Shown here in pieces: positions 60,715-64,000 of a stretch of 64,000 nucleotides of DNA. Location: positions 64,001 through 128,000 of the forward strand of contig CBEVQY010000002.1 of assembly GCA_965552135.1 (NCBI GenBank). The letters are read 5' to 3'. The first letter of the stretch is position 1. The number at the start of each line of letters is the position of its first letter. The DNA is from an uncultured bacterium. Lineage in GTDB: Bacteria > UBP14 > UBA6098 > B30-G16. The notes under the pieces were generated by a model, which had not been told where the DNA came from, did no database searches, and saw nothing but the letters and a program-made list of their open reading frames with translations. The position numbers were made by a program, and so were the translations under genes.

Positions 60715-63606
60715 ATGGAGATGAGAAAGAGGGTATGCGCTTTAGCGGTGTTTCTGGTCTTTAGCCTGGTTTGGGGCAGCAGCGGCTCCGGCAACGACTT
60801 CGTCGGCGCGCGCCCGCTTGCCCTGGGAAGAACGTTCGTCGGCGTCGCTGACGACGCAAACGCAATCGACTGGAACCCCGCAGGAATATCCTCGTTCAGA
60901 TACCTGAGCATCATCGCAAGCTTCAACAAGGAGTATATGGGCATCTCGGGCGACAACATAGGATTCGGACATTTTGCCTTCGTCTCGCAGTACAGGGACT
61001 GGTTCGGCTACGGCGTATCGTGGAGGTATCTGTTCTCCGACGTGTACTTTCGGCACGACATAAGGCTTGCCCTCGCGCACAAGTTCAAAAAGCTGCCCCT
61101 CTGCGCCGGTCTTGCCCTGCGACTCGAAGGCGTTGGATACAACACCGCCAACTTCTACGACTACCAGCCCGGCGAGGACCCCGACGGCGTCCCCATTACC
61201 GAAGACGCCGTCTTCGCAAACGGAACGAGCAAATGGGGATTCTCGCTCGATGCAGGGCTTCTGTGGAGGATATCGCCGAAGTTCGCCCTCGGCTTCGCCG
61301 CAAGCGACATCCTCCAGCCAAACCTCTCCCTCCAGGGCGTTCCGGAGGGGAAGATGCCAATGCACATCCGCTTCGGCGGAAGCTTCACCCCCAACCAAAA
61401 CCTCCTCGTCGCCGCGGATATGCGGTACTTCAAGGAGGGAAGCGCGATACTCACACCACACCTGGGCGTGGAGAAATGGTTCAACAGACACACCATAGCC
61501 GCCCGCGGTGGGTTCAACCCCGACGAGCTTTCTGTGGGCTTCGGATGGCGCCTCAACAGACACTGGGCGCTTGAGATCGACTACGCCTTCGTGTACCCGC
61601 TCTCCAAACTCGCCGCAGCAGGCGCAAACTCCCATAAGTTTTCAGCAATGTTCCAAATACCCAACCCAATACCACAGTGGGACCTCGAGGCGATCTCCGT
61701 AACCCCGCAGATGGAGCGCCTCAAGCCGGGCGATGAGGTCAAGGTAACAGCCGTCGTCAGAAACAACGACAAATCGGTCAAAACCGCAAACTACTCCGTC
61801 TACGTCCGAAAACCCGACGGAACATACGCCCTCATCGACAAAGGAACGATCAAAAACTTCAAAAGAAAGGACGAAAGACAGATAGAGTTCACCTTCAAGG
61901 ACTACCATCCGGGCGAGTATAAGCTTTTTGTTGCCATAGACGACGACGGTTCGGACATTCCGCGGCTTGTCGGCAAGATAAACGAGGCTGACGAGGGTAA
62001 CAACGTGGCCACAGCCACGGTCCACATATTCCCGCCGCCGCAGCCTATGATCACATTCCGCGAAGATACGCTCCACATAACCCGCCTCGCCTTCCAGGAG
62101 ACCGAGGAACCCGTTATCCCCGTGATCTTCTTCGAACCCAAAAGCGCCAAAATCGCCCCGCGCTACAAACACATCCTCGACAGACTCGCCGCTCGCCTGC
62201 AGAAAAACCCCGACGTCGTCGTGAAGGTCGCGGGATACTACGACCCCGAAAGCGACGGAAAGAACAACGTCGCAATAGCAAAGCAAAGGATGGAGGCGGT
62301 CTACGACTACCTCGTCGCCAAAGTCGGCAACCCAAGCCAGGTTGTAAAGGACGAAAGCAATGATCCCTCCAGAAAGCGCGCAGGCGGCGGAAAACCGTTT
62401 CTGGGAATCGAAAAATACCTCCCGATGATTCGCGCCGAAAACAGACGCGTCGAGCTTAAGCCCCAGATCCCATCCCTCACACAATCACAGGTGGAGCAGG
62501 TGATAGAGTTCCAGGTGGGGCAAACGCAAAAGACGGTGGACTTCTCGGCGCAGGCTATGACCTACAAATCGATCCTGGAGCGAAACCCCGACGTCATGCT
62601 GCTTCTGGAAGGATACGCCACCGAAAAGGAAGGTCCAAACCTGCTTGAACCCGCATTCACACGGGCGGCAAACCTGAAGGAGCAGCTCAAAAAGGTCGTC
62701 CCGTTCTACCTCTGGGACAGAATATTCGCCTGGGGCGACGACAGACACCCCGCCGAAAAACCCCACGTCAAAATATCGCTCCTCGCCGACGGCGTCCTCT
62801 ACAAGCCGTTCGCGGGGAGGATATACCCGCAGGGCGAAAAGGTCGAAAACCCCGAAAACTTCGTCCAGCTCGGCGTGCTTAAAGCAGACAACCCAATAAC
62901 GTCACACAGAGCTGAGCTCCTCGATCTTGCCGGCAACAAGGTCAAGCTCTTCACCGCCGGTGACGGACCCCCGCCAAACGGCATGCCGTGGAACTGGAAA
63001 ACCGACGAAGGCAAATACATCGAAGCCGGAAAATACTACGTCGGACACATAACAGTCACAGACGAGCTCGGCGCAGTTGGAGAAGCATATTCGGAAACCC
63101 TCGTCGTCGACCAGATCGACAAAGTCCTCGGGGTCGAAACGATGCTTATCGTGATATTCGAGTTCGACAGAGACGTGGCTATATCCCCGTACTACCACAG
63201 CCGCATGGAGGCTGTCGCCAGACGCCTCATAGAGCTTGCGGAGCACGAACCCGGCGAGCTCACCGTGGCCGTCACAGGACACACCGACATAATCGGCCTC
63301 TCGCGCAGAAACCAGGAACTATCAATGGAACGAGCTCAGCGCGAATTCAGAAACCTGAAGATATACCTGCGGCACCTTCTAAACCTCCCGTCCGAAGAAG
63401 CTTTGGACAAGTGGCTTGCGGAGCGTAACGTAAAGCTCGTCGCCGAGGGATACGGACCAGACAAACCATACACGCTCAAAAAGATGGGTCCCAACGGCGA
63501 GGTGACCGAAAAACTTTTGGGCGACAACAAACTCCCAGAAGGCCGCGAAATCAACAGGCGCGTGCTCGTCGAGTTCAGAAGCAAGCTCAGAGCGCAAAAG
63601 CAATAA
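60715..63606 (+). CDS. PorV/PorP-SprF-like outer-membrane barrel fused to CARDB and three OmpA-like domains
   Basis: Signal peptide and GARPLALG..F...ADD..A..WNPAG. CARDB motifs DL...VRN...E.DE.NN. OmpA-like motifs GYYD/NRRVE, EGYA/RA and GHTD..G....N..LS..RA...GYG...NRRV. Start is 60715 or 60721. Confidence 0.82.
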   Translation: MEMRKRVCALAVFLVFSLVWGSSGSGNDFVGARPLALGRTFVGVADDANAIDWNPAGISSFRYLSIIASFNKEYMGISGDNIGFGHFAFVSQYRDWFGYGVSWRYLFSDVYFRHDIRLALAHKFKKLPLCAGLALRLEGVGYNTANFYDYQPGEDPDGVPITEDAVFANGTSKWGFSLDAGLLWRISPKFALGFAASDILQPNLSLQGVPEGKMPMHIRFGGSFTPNQNLLVAADMRYFKEGSAILTPHLGVEKWFNRHTIAARGGFNPDELSVGFGWRLNRHWALEIDYAFVYPLSKLAAAGANSHKFSAMFQIPNPIPQWDLEAISVTPQMERLKPGDEVKVTAVVRNNDKSVKTANYSVYVRKPDGTYALIDKGTIKNFKRKDERQIEFTFKDYHPGEYKLFVAIDDDGSDIPRLVGKINEADEGNNVATATVHIFPPPQPMITFREDTLHITRLAFQETEEPVIPVIFFEPKSAKIAPRYKHILDRLAARLQKNPDVVVKVAGYYDPESDGKNNVAIAKQRMEAVYDYLVAKVGNPSQVVKDESNDPSRKRAGGGKPFLGIEKYLPMIRAENRRVELKPQIPSLTQSQVEQVIEFQVGQTQKTVDFSAQAMTYKSILERNPDVMLLLEGYATEKEGPNLLEPAFTRAANLKEQLKKVVPFYLWDRIFAWGDDRHPAEKPHVKISLLADGVLYKPFAGRIYPQGEKVENPENFVQLGVLKADNPITSHRAELLDLAGNKVKLFTAGDGPPPNGMPWNWKTDEGKYIEAGKYYVGHITVTDELGAVGEAYSETLVVDQIDKVLGVETMLIVIFEFDRDVAISPYYHSRMEAVARRLIELAEHEPGELTVAVTGHTDIIGLSRRNQELSMERAQREFRNLKIYLRHLLNLPSEEALDKWLAERNVKLVAEGYGPDKPYTLKKMGPNGEVTEKLLGDNKLPEGREINRRVLVEFRSKLRAQKQ

Positions 63607-63648
63607 ATCAGCTCCAAGCGCTTGTCCAAGCAAGGCTTTGGGCGGATT

Positions 63649-63743
63649 GGTTCCTGTCCGAGGTCCCGTTTAACGGGTTCGGTCTCTGCCAGAGGTTTTA
63701 TTCAACGGTTGGTCCCTGTCCGAAGTCCTGCTCAAACTGGTTC
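63649..63743. repeat. Three degenerate ~31-nt tandem repeats in a convergent intergenic region
   Basis: GGTTCCTGTCCGAGGTCCCGTTTAACGGGTTC / GGTCTCTGCCAGAGGTTTTATTCAACGGTT / GGTCCCTGTCCGAAGTCCTGCTCAAACTGGTTC. Confidence 0.55.
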
Positions 63744-63897
63744 TGCCGCTGGCGCCAGCTGTCTGGCACCGGCATAAGCTTGACGCGCTGCCCTATGGTC
63801 CCCGCCTGTGGGGTTCCCCTGGTCCGAATCCGGCGACAGGTTCCCACGTGTGCATGCCAGCTTCGCGGGAAGGCGCGCCGGGCTGCGAATCGAAGCT

Positions 63898-64000
63898 CTA
63901 TCGGGCAAGCTTTTTTTGCAGATAGGGCAAGAGCCCGCCTGCGTCGAGTATTCCCTGGACGAGCGGCGGAAGCGGCGAGAAGTAAAACTCTCTTCCGCGA
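63898..64000 (-). CDS. 3' end of a second LeuD/HacB-like aconitase small subunit or swivel domain (partial)
   Basis: Minus strand reads RGREFYFSPLPPLVQGILDAGGLLPYLQKKLAR*, matching the P....IL.AGGL..Y terminus of LeuD-type proteins. Confidence 0.7.
   Translation of the reverse strand, partial: RGREFYFSPLPPLVQGILDAGGLLPYLQKKLAR

Noticed and set aside
63649..63743. CRISPR array
   Set aside because: The units are contiguous and degenerate with no unique spacers, and there are no cas genes in the window.
63643..63832. 6S RNA-like long hairpin
   Set aside because: The ends pair only briefly (CGGATT/AATCCG) and pairing does not extend inward as a 6S rod requires.

Overview
A gene-dense, GC-rich (roughly 60%) bacterial chromosomal segment with about 55 CDSs and one tRNA-Val(GAC). 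I see no CRISPR array, rRNA or intact mobile element. Most genes are housekeeping or metabolic (sbcD, rho, argS, rsfS, xerC, gyrA, icd, leuC/leuD-like, alr, fabG, addA-like, cobO, ald, nadC, xseA, uppS, rlmN, tig, eno) in a heavily shuffled order, and several lack their usual partner gene. Type IX secretion (T9SS) sorting domains, a PorV/PorP-type barrel, frequent D-(S/T)-hydrophobic motifs in exported proteins and clear GGAGG Shine-Dalgarno sites suggest an anaerobic, non-Bacteroidota member of the FCB group (inference). The best candidate for an undescribed system is a two-gene operon at 54136-63606. It encodes a 2174-aa Cys/Asp-rich repeat surface protein with a T9SS type-B C-terminal domain, followed by a PorV/PorP-like barrel fused to CARDB and three OmpA-like domains, which resembles a one-piece PorP-PorE cell-wall anchor. 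Other points of interest are a ferredoxin-fused geranylgeranyl reductase, a LeuC/LeuD pair linked to icd (possibly a two-subunit aconitase) with a decayed S74 tail-fibre-like gene between the subunits, a cyclase-TPR protein with an eroded NTPase region, probable leaderless transcripts and degenerate ~31-nt tandem repeats near the right end. All product calls come from motif recognition by eye, not from database searches.
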